Assembly: GCF_001447785.1 (NCBI RefSeq)
Contig: NW_015163094.1
Coordinates: 767,990-831,989, forward strand
Direction of reading: 5' to 3'
Origin: Gekko japonicus
Lineage: Eukaryota
Length of the DNA stretch: 64,000 nt
Shown: positions 62,047 to 64,000 of the stretch, piece by piece
Layout of the letters: every line of letters begins with the position of its first letter
Numbering within the stretch: the stretch's first letter is position 1
Position numbers and translations under genes: made by a program
Notes under the pieces: model-generated
Told to the model about the DNA's origin: nothing
What the model saw: only the letters and a program-made list of their open reading frames with translations
Database searches by the model: none

Positions 62047-62371
62047 AAGCCAGTCGAATCCGACTCTAGGGTTGCGGTGCTCATCTCCATTTCAAAGCCG
62101 AAGAGCCAGCGCTGTCTGAAGACATTTCCATGGTCATGTGGCCGGCATGACTAAACACCAAGGCGCACGGAATGCTGTTACCTTCCCACTGAAGTGGTAC
62201 CTATTTATCTACCTGCAATTTCTTGCTTTCGAACTGCTAGTTTGGCAGGAGCTGGAACTAGAGACGGGAGCTCACTCTGTCATGCAGCACACACGGGTCT
62301 CGAACTGCTGAACTACCGACCTTCCACTGCCTGCAGCTCAGCGTCTTAACCACTTGAGCCACCGCAGCTCC
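62047..62371 (-). mobile_element. Sauria SINE lacking its tail
   Basis: Colinear with 24205-24531; joined to upstream DNA through a shared AAGCCAG. Confidence 0.9.
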
Positions 62372-62431
62372 ATGGTCCACATACTAAGTACCAGATATGT
62401 GAGTTGGATATTTACACTTGTATGTGTATGT

Positions 62432-62747
62432 AGAGAGCCAGTTTGGTGTAGTGGTTAAATGTATGGACTCTAATCTGGGAGAACTGGGTTTGATTCCCCA
62501 CTCCTCCACTTGCAGTTGCTGGTTGACCTTGGGCAAGCCATAGTTCTGACAAGAACTGTCCTTGAAAGGGCAGTTCTTGAAAGAGCTCTCTCAGCCTTGC
62601 CTACCTTACAGGGTGTCTGTTGTGGGGAGGGGAAGGAAAAGGAGTTTGTAAGCCACTCTGAGACTCCAAGTGAAGGGCGAGGTATAAATCCAATCTCCTC
62701 CTCCTCTTCCTCTTCTTCTTCCTCCTCCTCCTCCTCCTCTTCTTCTT
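62432..62747 (+). mobile_element. Squam3 SINE with an expanded TCC/TTC tail
   Basis: GAGAGCCAGTTTGGTGTAGTGGTTAA head; the tail gives the poly-E and poly-S pseudo-ORFs. Confidence 0.92.
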
Positions 62748-64000
62748 GCTTGGCCATCTCAACATGTACAGTTGAGACCCTGGTATGGAAAGGGGGAGGC
62801 CAATAGCTGGGATGGGGCATGTATCAGAATCACTGGGTCAACACTTCTGGAGAACAAAAGCTGGGCACAACCAGATGCAAAAGAAGGTTAGGCTGTCTTA
62901 CACTTAACAGCTGTAGAGGAGAGGAATTTTTGACATGCATTTTTTTCTCATCTCATCAAGGCAAACTGAAACTGCTGAACTATCTTCTACAGACCTGTTA
63001 AAATGATGTCTTCTTTGCATCTGCTCACCCTGCCTAGCAAGAATGATTCCATCAGTGGATTATTTACTCTCCGTCTTAATTTATCCCTCACCTTTCCCCC
63101 CAATGGGCACCAAAAGTGGCTTACGGCATTCTCCATTTTATCATACTTTGTTCCAGTTATATGACTACTCCATGCAGAACACTGTCTGCCTACAACCTGG
63201 GATGCCTTCCAAACATTTCCACCCCTCAAGGAAGATACATGTAGTTCCTGCCCCCACTCTCCTTTAATTCCAAAAGTTTTTTTAAAAGGATACCGTGATT
63301 CAGTTTTCACTTCCTTGTCATATGTTAAGTTATTTTTGATCATTATACTTGATGCTTGAGATTAGACATTGTTTTGCTTGTACAAGACAGTAAAATCTTA
63401 AGAGCAAGTGCATTTTCATATACATTTGCAACACAAACTGCAGCCTTTGCAAACTGCTAAAACATTTGCTCGATCTGTTGTTAAGCTTCCTGTCTTACAA
63501 GGAGATCTTCCCCTTTAAAATGAACCTTGACTGACCTCACATCCAGGGGCATAAACTTCAGGGGGGAAGTAGAGTTCAAACCCTCCCCAGGATTTCTCAG
63601 CAGGGGCAATGCCCTCCCCCCCTCCCCTGGCTGCCAGGTAGCATCACGAAGCTGCTGGGCTGTCAAGTTCAGTCAGCCCTGTTTCTCTTTGTAGCAACTT
63701 AGCAAGTTCCTAGGAGGCATTGGGCTGGTTTTGTTTGTTTCTTAAAGACGAAAGGGGAGGGAGCCTTTGCTGGAAGATCTGTGAAGAAAGAGTAGAGCTC
63801 TCTCTACTTAAGTTAAGGGGAGGGAAACATTAACAGAACTGGTGAGATTCATCTGGCAGTCAGTGGTTGGACTGAAGAATGTATTTCCTGTAGCCTGCAA
63901 CACAAACTCTGATATAAGTAATGGATCAAAAGAGTTATGGTTTGCCTTCACAGATGGGCCTTCTCAAGGGATCTTAAATCCAGAGTGGTGGCAGCGTCAG

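Noticed and set aside
62470-62820. Poly-E / poly-S protein
   Set aside because: It is the microsatellite tail of a Squam3 SINE.

Overview
Vertebrate non-coding DNA, almost certainly from a squamate reptile and probably a gecko. The repeat set (Squam3/MIR-type, Sauria, tRNA/CR1-tail and 5S-derived SINEs; CR1, L2, BovB/RTE and L1 LINEs; many hAT and PIF/Harbinger MITEs) points there. There are two short N gaps (27603-27654, 45629-45694). I cannot identify any host protein-coding gene: nearly all listed ORFs are transposon remnants or chance frames, and only weak splice-site-based exon candidates remain. I found no convincing new multi-gene system. The most interesting signals are: (1) a TSD-flanked, apparently 5'-intact L1 element with ORF1 but no ORF2 (HAL1-like), 44977-46679; (2) a 97-bp exact copy of nearby unique DNA inserted next to the apex of a hairpin inside a Harbinger MITE, one of several templated-repair scars; (3) several 150-2100 bp tandem duplications, one with an abrupt change in identity suggesting gene conversion; (4) a 2.4-kb hAT-bounded element with possible captured sequence; (5) a strong CTCF motif. 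Repeat family names are from memory of consensus sequences, not from a database search. Coordinates of old repeats are approximate.
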